Positions 1-13,764 of a DNA stretch of 64,000 nt are shown one piece after another; the stretch's first letter is position 1; every line of letters begins with the position of its first letter. The stretch is from positions 645,917 through 709,916 of the forward strand of contig NMRA01000140.1 in the NCBI GenBank assembly GCA_002633005.1. The letters are read 5' to 3'. The position numbers were made by a program, and so were the translations under genes. The notes beneath the pieces are model-generated. The model had not been told where the DNA came from. It ran no database searches and was given only the letters and a program-made list of their open reading frames with translations. Origin of the DNA: Phoronis australis. Its lineage: Eukaryota > Animalia > Phoronida.

Positions 1-1648
1 CAAATAAGTATTACAAATTTTAGAATTTTGAAAAAAGTGGTTGTTCATGTGAACGCCTTTTCTGTTTGTGATAATTTTGCCCTAGTACCCTTTAAAAGAA
101 CTTATTTTCTTAGCGTTATTCAGCGTTGCTGCCATTTTCCCTCACATTGGAATTTTTCATGTGGCGTTCTGGTATTGCTTCACTCAAGAACATGGTCGTT
201 AATAAATTTACGGCCGCCGTGGTAACGTTTAAGTCTTTTACCGCACTCAAGAGCTCTTCTTACCAATTTTCGGGTTCAGACTTCTACTCGTTTCAGTACT
301 TTTTACGTCATACTTAATGTTCAGGAAGCAGGGTAGTTTGAGAAAGTAGGAAGTGGTGCAATTTTTAATCAAACACATTTCAAATGAATGGATGACAGGA
401 TTTCAAGCTCTGTGGCGAGCTGAATCTCCTCATTGAGGTATGCATACATGTACATGTATTGAGTAAGTCGATTATTAAATTTTTGTACTTGACGCAATGA
501 CTCTAGGCAGAACAAGTTCGCTTAATGAAACACACATTGACAATCGATATATCTTGGCTGCAACGTTCATACGCGTGGTCGTGAAAAAATAAATGAAATT
601 TAATTTCAATTAAATGTATTTATCAGGGGATATTTCCATACATCCATCATTCTCCAGTTGTTTGTCTCTGTGTATATCGTCCCTGTGACCATCGCATCAG
701 CAAAATATTGTTCCAGATAGAACCTCTTACCGAAGAGCAACAGAAATAAAGTTTTAACTTTTAAAACATCAGAGTGTGCTGATCGCCGTCAACACGTAAT
801 AAATAAACGAAGTTCATCGCCCGCTCAAGAACCGAAAATCAAACAGATGATAACATCCAATTTGCTAAAATCGTTTTACTCTGCAGACAAGTTTACAGAT
901 TAGAGGGAAAAAGGGTTTAGCGAAGTTTTGGGTTTTCATGAAAGGTATCGCCTCTCAAGGACAGGTCCTCCACAGTGTTACAAAAATTGCCTCTGCTAAA
1001 TGATGGGCAATGAATGGCTTTATGGCATAGCGTTCCACTGGTAAAGTAAAGCACTCATGGCTGATACCACAGCATAACTTCTGAAACTATATCTTCTTCG
1101 AGTAGAAAAAAGTAACATGGAATCCTAATGAGAAAGTCCGCGCGTCTCGAAACACTGAATCCGTTTTATAAAAAAGTGAGAACAGAGTTTTAGCTGAACA
1201 ATGCTTACCCTCTGACTGAGCGCCCCTATACTGAAAAGTGGCCCTGTGGAAACACGATGACCGACACACAGAATTCCGTGTATCGGCGTCATGCGCACGA
1301 CTTGGTCGGAAGTATAAACACATCAATATTTTGGGATTACTTTCGAATTTGATTTAAGAGTCCTCCGAAATGGAGGAACCGGCTATCGTAAGTCGCACTA
1401 TATTTAAATGGCATATAACAGTCACTTGAACTTGGGCTGAAAATGGGTTTTGGCCCACGGTTTCGTTTTTTTCCTTGTTCTTTTTTCTCAGAGTAGCATG
1501 CATTACAAACATATCCAAAAACGTGTCGTGCTATCACCAAATGTGACGTAAAAACTTCAAGTCATAACCTCAGTTGGACAGAAGATAGAAATGCTTTTGT
1601 GTTACATTTGACTTTTTCACTCATGAAATTGTGTATCCGAGGGTAAAT

Positions 1649-1886
1649 CAGAGGCGGATCTACAGGGGGGGGTTCAGGGGGTTTAAACCCCACCCCTCGG
1701 GACAGGATCAAAAATAAAAACTGGAAAAAAATCGCCAGAAAAACGAAATTAGCTACTGAAAATCCCCAAAAATCTTACACGGGAGGAGGGAAACCCTCTC
1801 GCGACCTTCCTTCTCCTCGGCGCTACGCGCCTCGGATTCTTTCGAATACTAAACCCCCCCTTACTGAAATCGTAGATCTGCCACTG
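1649..1886. mobile_element. GC-rich MITE-like element (CAG-GGCGGATC termini) with 5-bp TSD TAAAT
   Basis: Starts cagaggcggatctac and ends gtagatctgccactg (imperfect inverted termini). TAAAT flanks both sides (1644-1648, 1887-1891). Confidence 0.75.
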
Positions 1887-3469
1887 TAAATAACGGTAAA
1901 ACTTACTCATACATATTTATTGGTCCCTTAGAAATGTGTTCTGTTTAAATTAAGTAACTTTGGGTATTACCGTATTGCAGCGCCATTAGACCCATAGCGC
2001 ATGCGACTGTGCGTCAACCACTTGGGTGAAAAAGGACACGAAAAGGCATGATTTTTTTGGATATAGACTAGCACTGGTTTTCCCCTGTTGGACACAAATT
2101 TGTTTCAGCATTAAGAAATTTCAGATATTAACAATTATAAGGAGTGTTTTACGATACTCGTGCTATTCAACGCTATTCAAGTTAAGAGAATACCAAACCC
2201 TGTTTTGGCCTGTTAACAGGTACTAAAACAACTTTGCCATCCAGTTCTCTTGAACAAAATAATGCTCTGTAACCCTCGGCAGCCCTAATACATTTGGACG
2301 AAATTTTGAAAACTCATTTCAAAGTCTGCCAAACGGACAAGCATGACCTACGCTTTTTGCGAAATACAGGACAACTGTGGGAAAAAACACTCACCAAAGG
2401 CCATGATGATGTCCAGTCTGTGACACAGGGAATATGACTTATTAGTTGATTTTTGCCTTTAAGTTGTAAGATTGACGCCAATGATGCATTAGCAGGTGAG
2501 AGAACGAGGATTGGTTGAAATCATCAAAACAGGACTGAGTACGCTTCTAAGTTGTATTTTCAATAAAATGTTGTTCACGAAAAGTAATTTTTAAAAATAA
2601 AACGGATGCACCTATATACGAATGGGCCTATGTAGGGGACAGTACCTGGGCCAGTATGCTGCGGACCACTTGGCAAAACAGATCTCAAAAAGGCAGTATT
2701 TCGTATATGGGCCCATGGGCCTAAAGGCTAAAAGATAACCGAAAAAATGGCTGAAATCCGCGTTTTTTGGTACCGTTAATCGTTCCAGTCTTATCCATTT
2801 CGCGTTCCAACCTTAGAATATTTTAAATTCTGACAAGTCTGCTAATGAATTTAATTTCAAATCTATTAAATAATTTGTCTAAGCATTGACTTGAACGACA
2901 TCACTAATTACTCAGCTGGTATTCTATTTCATTCCTGTGATTGGCTATCCGATGAGCAGCATGTAATTAGGAACTTTATTCACACTTGGACAAGTTAATC
3001 AATATTAGTTTATTAAAACACCTAATCACCTCTCCAGGTATGCTTGATCAATATCTGCAATGTAGTAACAGTTAGGATTTAAAGAAATGTATAATTTTCA
3101 TAAAACGAAATTGCGTTCAGTCAATACGCCTTCATGTTCGATACGATTTAACACAATTTCGTTTGTTTTAATCAATAACACAGAATGGGTCTAAATTACG
3201 AACATTTCGTAAATATTGCAACTGTGCATCTATTTGCTTTTTCACTAACCGGATGCCAACTTTCTAAGTAATTATTACAGAGGGGTTTATATTGGTGCAC
3301 CAACAAGCATTCCAAAGTTAAACCTAAATTTCTTATCAAGTTCTCTTGATTTTGAAAAAAAAATTATCTCATGTTAAAAGAGCATGACGTGGGAATACAT
3401 TTTCACTATAACAGCTTGTTGTAGCCTCTGCAAAGTGGAGCCCAACTGAGCAATTAATGGAAATCAGTC

Positions 3470-3745
3470 ATAATATTTACCCACAGTTCACCAAAGGTAA
3501 CAATATCAGCGCAGTATTCTTCAGATCTAGCGTCTTCTTTAGGGTCATTCGACGTAAGTGATATCTTTACAAGTTGTTGAACTCCTATTACATGTGTTTG
3601 ATTGACCGCACGATGTCTGTTAAGGTTGATGGCGTTATGTCCACTGAAAGCATCAATGCTGCGGTTCCACAACGATGTGAGCTTGGTCCATGCTATTTTT
3701 AATTTCCATCAATGACGTCATAGATACACTGATATGCTGATGCCG
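3470..3745 (+). pseudogene. Degenerate non-LTR retrotransposon (LINE) reverse transcriptase fragment
   Basis: About 3661-3720 reads AVPQRCELGP, then a frameshift, then LFLISINDV. This matches the RT motif GVPQGSxLGPxLFxxxINDL and is followed by a tatgctgatg (YAD) remnant. Confidence 0.6.
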
Positions 3746-6526
3746 GACGCCTCAGCTTTTTATTCTTTTCCAGGACTTTGCCAGAAGTCTCCGGCCAACT
3801 CCGGTCCGATCTTGACCGTCTTTTTCAATGGTCCACGAGGTGGAGGATGTCCTTCAAAATGTTGGGATAAATTTTTGTTCAAAGTGTCGGTGTTGCAATG
3901 GTCCAATTATTATGCTTGCCCTTAGACGGCACGTTGCTGTTAATTAAGATTATGTAAGATCCTAGAAAAATGGCAAAATTTAGCTAACATTGGAACATTT
4001 CTCAGGCCGATCGGACTCAGAGGAAGCTGACAGTTAGTTTGATTTATGGACTGTTCTCCAAAACGTTGCTTTGGAAGTATTCCATTTTTGCATGTGGGGC
4101 TTCGATTTTTATAAGAGATTCAAAGGTAGCATAAAACGAAAGAGAAACGATAACTGAAAAAAAAAAATTAACAGCGTTTTGGAGACTTTATCTTGGACAT
4201 CTATATCAAACAAAAATTTGTTTATGTTATTGACAACGTCGTTTGGCTATGAATATACCTTAATTTTTTACCCAAGCAGTTGCAGATTGATAGAAAGTCA
4301 AAAATCCACTTTTACACACTTTCTTGTTTTAGAAAATATACAGTTTTACTGAGTTCAACTTTTTAGTTTTGTTAAATACCCAGCCTTTCCCATAACGTCA
4401 TACAGAACCTTAAACAGTTTCACAAACAGTTTGGCTTCACCATAATAAATTGACTTTCGATACCCATTGTATCTTTTTAGCAAAGTGCAAAAGCTTTTAA
4501 ATCCTTTGTCCAAGAAAGTGCTTGGACATCCTATTGAAGTCATAATCTTTTATTTCGCCACACTTCAGTTCTGCCGACATTGTCTTTAACAGTGCCAACA
4601 CTAGCACAAGTCTCTTGTTTTTACAGTACCTCCAGTATCAACCTACACTGGCAACTTCCGGCGCAATAAATTGCTATTATATAACAAATCTATAAGATCG
4701 AGCTGGATGTTCCGCTATCACTAGGAAGCAACTATGGTTACAAGGTTCTTCACGATAGAAGCAATCAATCTAATTTAGCCCTTTTTAACTCCTATGAAGG
4801 AACACAAAACCCGGCATGCGCATGTGCTGAATTTGTCATTCCGCAAAATTTTCCTCGCTAATTCCGTAAATCTCAACATATTTAACGTAGCATTTTGACC
4901 TGTTTAGCTGTCGAGGTTGAATTCTTAACCGAAGCGTTTTAACGATTTTAAAAAACATTACCACGCTCATATGATTCTGAATTGTTGCCGAATGAACCCG
5001 GCGGCAACTCAAGTCCCAGGCAATGTGTATATTCGCCATTTTGGAATTCACAATTTTAGTGTTAGCCAATCCCAGTAAATTCTGAAGGGTTTTCTCGAGT
5101 CGTAGGAGGTCTCGATGTTCTTGTTGGTAACGGAAGCAGAAACCTATGAGACCGAGATTACAAAACCTAAAGCTTGATTTTGGTTTTCAGCAAGCTAAAC
5201 AAGGTGAAACAAGTTTTAATATCCATCCTTATGGCTAAATTTGACATCCAATATTAAAATTGCTCGATCTTTGTAGTCTCTTAAGATCAAATGTAAAGAG
5301 AAGTCAGTTTCCAATTTCATAACTGTTCTACCTTCAACAAAATTGCTAACTTTTGGAAAAAATGTTCAATATGATTTGGTACGTGCTGGCCTCCTCCTAA
5401 ACTTTCAAACGTTTCAACACAATTTTAAATACGCAACAAACGTCTGTGGATGAGACACCCGAAATAAATTGATTTATTTCGTCTTAAAGTACCCCCATCA
5501 ACTGTAGATCAGAAACTTTGTATACGATGTCATAGTTTGTTCTTTGGTAGTGTAATTTGTTCATTGTTTGATGTTCATTTGCCTTTTTTATTGATTTGTT
5601 TTTGTTCTGGCGTGTGTCGATATTATAATTTCTAAATGTCTGATTTTGTGTCATATGCGTATACTTGGATGTAATGATTCAGTTTGCGGGTAAATTATGA
5701 ACCGGTTTTACAGATATATAATAAACGTTTCCGGTTTGTTCTTGTAAAAGTCGTCAAAACAATCAATTGTGCCTGTTAAACAAACTAAAAGTGGTCACCG
5801 CTTGGAACTGTGCGCTATGGACATTTTGTCCGATTTACTTTATCTCGTAGGCAAATTTAGAGGGGTTCTGGTGGCCAACCGTCCCACAGACAACAAAAAC
5901 GTCATCGGCATGTCGTCTTAGGGTTTGCACGGGCATTTTGCTTTGGAAAATTGTGATCAAGCACCCTTGACGACATCTAGATCCAACTATGTGAGTTTAC
6001 GCAGTGGCCGACTGACCCCCACAGTTTTGGCAATCACAGATCGGGCAAGACAGGGACTGCGAATTGAATGCCGACAACAACGATTTTTTTCATTTTGTAT
6101 CTGTCCTCAACTATAAATTTGAGTAAAAGTACGATTTATATCTCAATCTGTCATTGACAACGTGTTTCTCCTCGATGAGTCCGTTCACAATGCTTAGTTA
6201 ACGTCTGTCCAAATACTTATCGACAGTTCTCGTTGTCCGACTTCGACTGACTCTTCCAACCTCGGCATCCCTCATCATGTATTCCGTCCTAGCCTAAGTT
6301 GGCACAAGTGACATCCTGGGACAGTGTCAAAAGTGAATGCTCAATTCGTACTCATTTCCGTCCAGTCGGTGTAGTGACTGAAACGCGCCAGTCAATATCG
6401 GTCATTGCGCAAAAAGTTCAAAGACGCCACCTTTCGTTCGTGCGGCTCACTGTTCCTTTCAACGACCGAGAAGGGAACCGGAAACGACACAAATTATAAA
6501 TACAGTTACCCATTCCGTATACTTAA

Positions 6527-8125
6527 AGGAGAATGCCACCCAAAAAACAACCTAATTTGTATCAATTTAGATCGAGAAGTTCAACTCCATAACGACACAC
6601 AATGCAGTTCACAGCACGGGTTACTGGTGTCAGCTTATCGCGCTTGAAGTCATCGTTTAACACCAATAAATCATCAAACTTCGATTTAAAACTCTTAAAA
6701 ATACACCGAGTTCTTATAAAAACGTGTTGCTTTATTTCGCTCTTACGGATTTATTGGTATTTGGACACGCCGTTGCCTACAAAGTTTGGCAGGCCAATAA
6801 GGTCCGTAGCAGGAGTTTGGGGTGTGTTCGGAGACAATTTCGAAGTATTTTCCGTGAGATACAGACATGAGAACCTAGATCTGTGTTGTTTAGACTTGTG
6901 ATTTTTTGAGTTCTAAACACAAAACGCTTGTTATCCTGGCCAGTGGCTGGGAGCCCGATCACGCCCGTCGATCGCGGCCGGCCGGATTTACTCGTCACAG
7001 TAATCACGGCCAGTGGCTCGGAAACTGAGTCAGATATCACGAACATAAACCAGCCAAAGTTCAGTGGAAACTAAACTTCCAGTCAAGGAAATACTATAAT
7101 AGTGAGCCAAAGTAATGTGCACGTGATTATGTTGGTGAATTAGCCACGGAACTGCAAATCTACTTACTCGTACGTCGGGAGCCGCGAATTCAGGTTCCGC
7201 TTTGGCCACAGCACCGTCAGGGCAGAAGTTGTACATTGACAATCATTATTTGAGTATTGTAAATGTAAATAAAGATTCCCCTAACACCTGGCCGTGGAAT
7301 GGAAATCGAGTTGTTTCACAACAGTTTCTGCCAGCAAACACTAAATTAGCATGAGCTCACATGGCCTCGGTGTCCCGTCAATTAGTTTTATTGCACCTAA
7401 AGCCGGTAACGCAATGATTTAATCATTGCTGGCTTCCCAAATCATTTGCACTCACGACCACTCCAAAGGCATTACAAATCGCATCTAATGAGGCAGACTT
7501 TGTTACAGTTTTATATAAGTATTGGTTATTGAGAATAATTTATTTTGAAACAGAACGCTCAGTAATAAACGCCAATATGGCAACTCGCAATCCCGACTTA
7601 GGACGAGATAGAGCTCATCAGGTGGATCGTTAAGTTTTACAGGCTATCAATTTGAACAGGAATACAGTGATGAAAAAATACTAGAGAGGCGCCGTGAACA
7701 AGCTCAGACAACGGAACGTATGGAGTTATTTGGTAAGCCGGCATTCGGGAGGCACTGTCGACGTTTGCAGGCCAGACACTAGATGTTTCACGGCCTCATA
7801 CTTGCTATTTACAGCCATCATTTCATTCTTCACTACTATGAGCCACTTCATAAGCATTTCGGACTCTCGAAGAAGTAAAAAAAAAAACGATATACCCGCT
7901 TTTCTCGTAGCTGCTTAGTTCGAACAAGCGGGAACGATGCACCGCAGCATAGCGGCATTCACTCTGCATATGAACCACTGACGTCGCTAACGTCGTTTCT
8001 CACTTTCCTCACAGGTTATCGCGACACCTCTTGGCAAGGTAAGACCGACCATATGCGAGGCGATGTAGATATAGACCGATTAAGACGGCAAACAAAAAAC
8101 TAATTAAATCGGGTGGCATTCTCCT
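6527..8125. mobile_element. Non-autonomous Kolobok-like DNA transposon (TTAA TSD, 15-bp TIR) with a THAP-domain relic
   Basis: Perfect TIR aggagaatgccaccc (6527-6541) / gggtggcattctcct (8111-8125), with TTAA at 6523-6526 and 8126-8129. The minus strand from 7950 reads MLRCIVPACSN*AATRKAGISFFF...MKWL, a THAP-like N-terminus with a stop. Confidence 0.75.
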
Positions 8126-9155
8126 TTAAGGTGGCACTGAACAGTTAGGCTGTAGCCACAGGGCATTTAAATACAAGGCGTGTGTCAAGTTTGGCGAAAG
8201 GTTTGAGGAATTTGTTGAAAAAAATGCCAGGAAACTGAGTACTTGTGTTTTTTAATGAGAAAAGCCAAGTTTTTCATCCGCGACCCACTTTCCATGCAAA
8301 ATGGTGGCTGTCGCTTGCTTTCAACCCCTGATGCCTGCTGACTGAGAAAACGGGTGCGATTTCAGGTGGCTTTCAGACAGCTGGTAAGGGGCATACTATG
8401 ACCACATTTTTAGAATTTAGAGAGAACGAGCATTCTCAATCAGTTGTCAGATTTTTTCTAGAACTCGCAGGAAACTAGTAAATTAGAGGAGAAAACTGAC
8501 ATTTTTTTGTTTTTGGCCCTATTTTGTGTGCCCGTATTTTTTCCGATGTGAATAAGCCGATTAAAAATCTGTAGCAGAATTAAGTTTCAGTTATCATGAG
8601 TAGTAATTTTAAGTTGGGAACGCCAAAAAACCTTTTGTTTTTTCAGACTCTCGATAAAAACGTGAGATAAGAACTCGTCTCCACTTGGGTGTGTGTCGGC
8701 AGCCGAAACCCTACAATAACTGTAGTGTGCCTCGTAATGCACTCATGAAACCACAAAATCACGAAGGTATTCGAGAGATATCGCCTTGCATTGCAGGCAA
8801 AATTTGTAATCACACTAACTTTACTCGCGGGGTTAAAGCACAGCCCTGGGTTTATGGAATCGGTAGACTGCAAGACATTAGCTTGTATTTGCACCGAAGA
8901 ATCACTTATGGAACGGATACTGAATGGATTCCCACAAATCAAAACTTCAATCTCACCAGTTACTTCAGTACTCGCAATTTGTCCCCAAGGAAGGCGAAAT
9001 ACACTGTATACTCAATACGTTACTTTCCGTTTACTATTTTCTTTGTTTGACCTGATTGACTAAAAGCCATAAGCATGTACGTGCCTTCTGTTAAAAGACT
9101 TACTTTTGATTTAGGCTGTTTCCCAAAATAGCTGGGAAAGTTATCTTTACTCAGG

Positions 9156-9289
9156 CTGGGGCAGATCCAGGATTTTTTAAAAGGGGCGGGGGGTCGGATC
9201 AAGGGTCGAAGTCTAGATTTGATATCTGCTCTAAAATCAAGGGAAAAAAGTGGGTCTAGTCCCCTGTGACCCCCCTGGATCCACCTATG
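9156..9289. mobile_element. GC-rich MITE-like element, same terminal type as 1649-1886
   Basis: ctggggcagatccagg ... cctggatccacctatg termini. Flanks tcagg / tcaga match at 4 of 5 positions. Confidence 0.6.
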
Positions 9290-9652
9290 TCAGATTAAAA
9301 GGGATTTTTAGACTTGGGAAGATCCGATTATTCGTTGTTGCTCGAGGCTGTGTCTATAAATTATCATTTCACTTTTTCTCAAGCCTAGAAATCGCTTTTG
9401 AATAACGGACATTTTGAAACTAGCGATAAGTGGTCAAAATCAAAAGTTATTTTTAACAAAAGGTCGCTTAATAATAGCAGCTTTAAGTTAGATAATGCGC
9501 AGGATAATTAAGCAATGACGTGCTCAAATGACAATTAACGTCATCTGCAGGACAATTTGCTATTGCAATTGACAAAGCAATTTGTAAAACACGAGTTGTT
9601 TACGTTTTCATCTGTTCTGTCGAACTCCTGAATACTAATCAATCATGGACGC

Positions 9653-10061
9653 CAGTGCCCGGTTGCATGAAACAGTCCCAAATAGGGACTCAACTAAGTT
9701 TTCTAAATCTTTTGAGTATTTTTTCGTACTTACAGATGTAATATTGTTTCTATAATTTTATCTTTATTATGAGCTCGTCTTTGGCCAATGACATTTCCAA
9801 ATAATATGTCTAAAAACAGAGCTCTTAAGTCAGTCAAAATAATTAGGGACTTAGTCCTTAAATTAGGGGCCTTGCATGAATAATAGTAAATCAACGTTGA
9901 GTTAATTATCGCTTTGTATCACAGCCAAAATAAAGTTAGTAAGAAGACTCGAACAGCATAAGAACCGACAACCAATGTTGTCAAAAGCCCACAAATAGGC
10001 AGTATATTTAGGGAACTCTGTTGAGTCCCTATTTAGTACAGTTTCATGCAACCGGGTACTG
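9653..10061. mobile_element. MITE with about 40-bp terminal inverted repeats
   Basis: cagtgcccggttgcatgaaacagtcccaaatagggactcaac pairs with gttgagtccctatttagtacagtttcatgcaaccgggtactg. The interior is AT-rich and non-coding. Confidence 0.8.
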
Positions 10062-11429
10062 AGCCCCTGTAAGATTACTTATTCACACTCCAAACACAGG
10101 GCTTCTTTAAGGTTATTTAGGACCTTATAGACTTGTCAAATGTTGCCGTGTGAATATACGAAAGAATGTAATGGTATTGTAATCTTTATTTTTGTTCCGT
10201 GGCCCAAATGTGGCCCATGAACACAGCGAAAATAAAGTCCGCACACCTCTCAATACCATACAAAACTTGTTCGAATCTTGTCTGCAAAGAACAAGAAACA
10301 CAAAATTAATAAAATGGCTGACACGGGGCGTGGCCAACACAAGACACACAGAAAAAACAGACCATGGAAACAAATTATACACAAAAATTACAGCAAATTA
10401 AAGGCATACACAAAAGGTACCTCGATTGGCGTACATGAAGTAATATCCCACTCGACCTTATTCCGCGTATCGACCTCGGCCGAATTTGTATTTATCCCAT
10501 ACCTAAGTTTCTTACATTTTTGAACAGATTTTTCAAATACTTCACCCAGACTGTTTACATGGCGGTTCACATCCTATATGCATGTACTTGCGCGTTGCAA
10601 GTTTTTTCTTGAAAATGAAACAGTTTTAAAAGTAACGATTTATTTCTTGAAAAAAGGTAGTAAAAATGAAAACAACGGCAACTGAGCAGTGAACTTGTAA
10701 CATCTCCTGGAAATAGTTAAAAAACAACAATTTTTTATATTTTAATTTCCTAGGAATCGGCGCCTGAGTTGCAGACGATATAGTATTCAGCAAATGAAAA
10801 CTGAGAGAAAGTGTCTTATAATTAACAGCTTTGTTCCAGATTTTACGTTTAGGGCCTGGTTGCATGTCGAGTGTTAGTTACACTGTTGAAACTGTATTAC
10901 TTTAAACTATATTCGGAAAGTTTGATGATAGAACCGGCTAAAGAATCGAGTCGACATTGACCTACCTTTTGAACTTTCCATGTCAGAGGTCGCTGTTGAA
11001 GTAGTGCGAGAGGTGAATACGGAAAACTATTACATGGCCGTATTTCCCTCGACAGATTCAACGCGCGTGAAATAAAATAATATTTACACAAATATACAAA
11101 CTAAGAAAAATGAAAATATACAAACTGCGACCAAAACAAAGGGAACAGATAAAGAAAGAAAATACTCACTGGACACACGACAACAGTAAGCGACTTGACG
11201 CTTCAAATGATGCAGAGTGAAAAGGGGAATCAGTGAAACAAAAGGCTAGAAAAGGCCTAGCGGCGAGACAGAAAACTAACACTAAGTAAAAGAAAAAACA
11301 TCACATACAAAATACACAAGGAACAAAGTAACATGCAAATCATCCGCAACATCAAATATCTACAAAACTAAAGATTTTAACTTAGTATTGAAATATACTT
11401 TTTCTGTCTTCTTAAAACCACTTTGAGGT

Positions 11430-11830
11430 GAATTGGATCAGGCGTAGATGTCTTTTTACAGAAATTTAGCAAAAACGAAAGATACGTACACAACGAAGTA
11501 ACAGTATCCATAACATGGCCAAATTTCGTTCGGCATAAGTACTTAAGATGAAATCTCAAATACGCTGTTAAAATTGTACAAACTATCATTTCGTTTCGTT
11601 TTATGCAACCATTCAGCATTTTCGTAAGAATCATAAAAGTCCTATTTTGATGGCCCCTCATGCAAAAGTGGAAACTTTTGAAACCAATTCCTAACAGTAC
11701 TCTGGGAAACAGTGCGTAAAGCATGGTATCCGAGTCTTCTAATGAATCTGATCAGCCATGTCTGAAATGTGATGATCCAAATTTTGCCAATTTTGGACAT
11801 TTTTACAGGGTCCTGCATAACCTTAACAGC
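11430..11830. repeat. Dispersed repeat, inverted copy of about 20480-20830
   Basis: ataacatggccaaatttcgttcggcataagtacttaagatgaaatctcaaa is the diverged reverse complement of tttgagatttcatcttgagtatttatatcgaacgaaatttggtcatgttat. The spurious ORFs 11377-11724(-) and 20589-20795(+) share LRFHLxYLxRTKFGHV. Confidence 0.75.
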
Positions 11831-13074
11831 ATTACATCTTCGACTGAAATGCGAATCATTGCGAACCTTTTTAGGAATGTCACCAATTTCATTTTTGCAA
11901 TGTTTCACCTCAGATATTCAGTACAATGCGAGATAGATATTTATTAACTACGTTTGCTATGAACAATTTATACTAGTCGATGAGTGAGTAAGCCATTTTA
12001 TTTCTAAAGCACGTTAATAACTTTTAAAAGACTCACTTACGATTCTCAGAAATAAGGAAGTTGCTCCATTTATATCTTCAATTAGTACAAAATGTAAACG
12101 AACCGTTCGAAATAATTGCATTTGTCATGAAAAATCAATGCGATATTCCTTTTTACGAAGGATATTAAGCTCAATGTTTCAGCAAATATGCTGACATCAA
12201 ATATGTTTGATAATGGAACTGGAAATTCTTAATTCAACTCTAAGAGGTCCAAACACTGCTATGATGCAATAAACACTGCTATAAATTTGAAATTATTCCT
12301 GCATTTATTCGAAACCAGGCTGAAGACATAAATTTTCATATTGCATATTTCTATGTTCATTTTTCTGATTAAATAATGGAGCTTCTTCATCAAAAATAAT
12401 TCGAGTGTCTTACGTAAGTGACTTTTTCTTTTCCTTTTTTGTTTTGTGCAAAAATCCTCCAGGCCAGCAACTCTTCCCGGCTGTTGAACCTCGTGACCTT
12501 CAGGCATAACCTGAGATGACGCGTGAGCTCACTTCAGGGCTTCTAGTCCTCTCTCACGGGCGTTCTCATTAAAAGCGTACTTTTCTTACGAGCTGTACTT
12601 CTTTTCTCCTCAACTGCAATTAAGTTCTTATTGACTCAATTCTTTTCTCAGTGATTGTATTTTGCTTCAACGGCCAACGTCAATCTTTGGACTTGTTCCA
12701 TGATTTCCGGTTGCGACTTACTCTACGGTTAGAGGGCTCTTCATTCGCAAACAAACTGAGATGATGGATAGTAAAATTCGAATCTTATACTGTAATCATT
12801 TTGAAAGTTGGCGTACGAGATTTCGTTCGAGACCTCAAATGAAGCCGCCCAGTTCACTCCTTTGCTGGTGCTGTATAGTTAGACTATAGCCGCTGCCAGT
12901 TTGCACCCAGAACTAAAATTCTTGGGCCAGTCCAGGTTTGACTGTAGTTTTGAGGTATGTGTTGCATTTGATGTACGTAGGTTCAGTGAATCTGGTTTGC
13001 TTGTGCATGTTGGGAATCAGAAAACGGCTCCTGGCCAGGACGCTGTTTTCAGTAGAGGCACCGCTTTTTGCAGC

Positions 13075-13270
13075 ATAGATCGTCTAAACGCACTTGAAAG
13101 CATGCACTTAATCTCTTATACGTGTATTTCGAAAAAGTCGAGAAAATTTGTACAGTACAGTTTTTGGAGAGCATATTAATTCACTGGATTTTTGAATTCA
13201 AGAAGACAAGTTTAGGGAAACTATGTTTCTCCAGGTATCCCTCTGTGGCAAGAGAAAATGGAGTCACCGG
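13075..13270 (+). repeat. Dispersed repeat related to 41010-41220 and 51430-51630
   Basis: gatcgtctaaacgcacttgaaagcatgcac...tcgaaaaagtcgagaaaatttgta aligns to ggtcgtccaaacgcacttgaaaacgtgcac...tcgaaaaatcgagaaatttgta. Confidence 0.7.
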
Positions 13271-13645
13271 TTGCTCTTTCGTTTTTCTCGGGCACTTTAG
13301 GAAAATCAAGGAAAGCAGTTTATCAAAAATCACAGGCAAATCTAATTTAGCTCACTTTCAATATTTCATTTTCGATTTGTTAAGATTTGTTAAGACGAAG
13401 TACAGCAATACTGAAAAGCACCCACAGCGCGACAAAAGCGCTGTTGCTGAATATTCTATCGCTCTTCTGAGCGCTACGATTTGTCAACGCTTGCGCTGTT
13501 CTCTTATGAAATTACTCATATCTTGAGAATGCTTGTGATTGACCGAGATCCTCGCGTGCTTTTCACGCGTAGGATCTTCAATTTTAATTAAATTAGATAA
13601 TTAACACAGCGAAATTGATACTAGATATATAGAAAAAGAGAAGAA

Positions 13646-13764
13646 GGACTGGGGCATATAAGGGAGGGGAACATCGGGGCGGGGGAACATCGCAACGAGG
13701 GAATATAAGTTGGGTACATAGGGACGAGGGAATATAGGGACCGGGCAACAGCGGTAGGGTCCCA
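13646..13764. repeat. Degenerate G-rich minisatellite (gggaa(c/t)at(a/c)ggga-like units)
   Basis: Several consecutive imperfect units of about 15-16 bp are visible. Confidence 0.6.
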
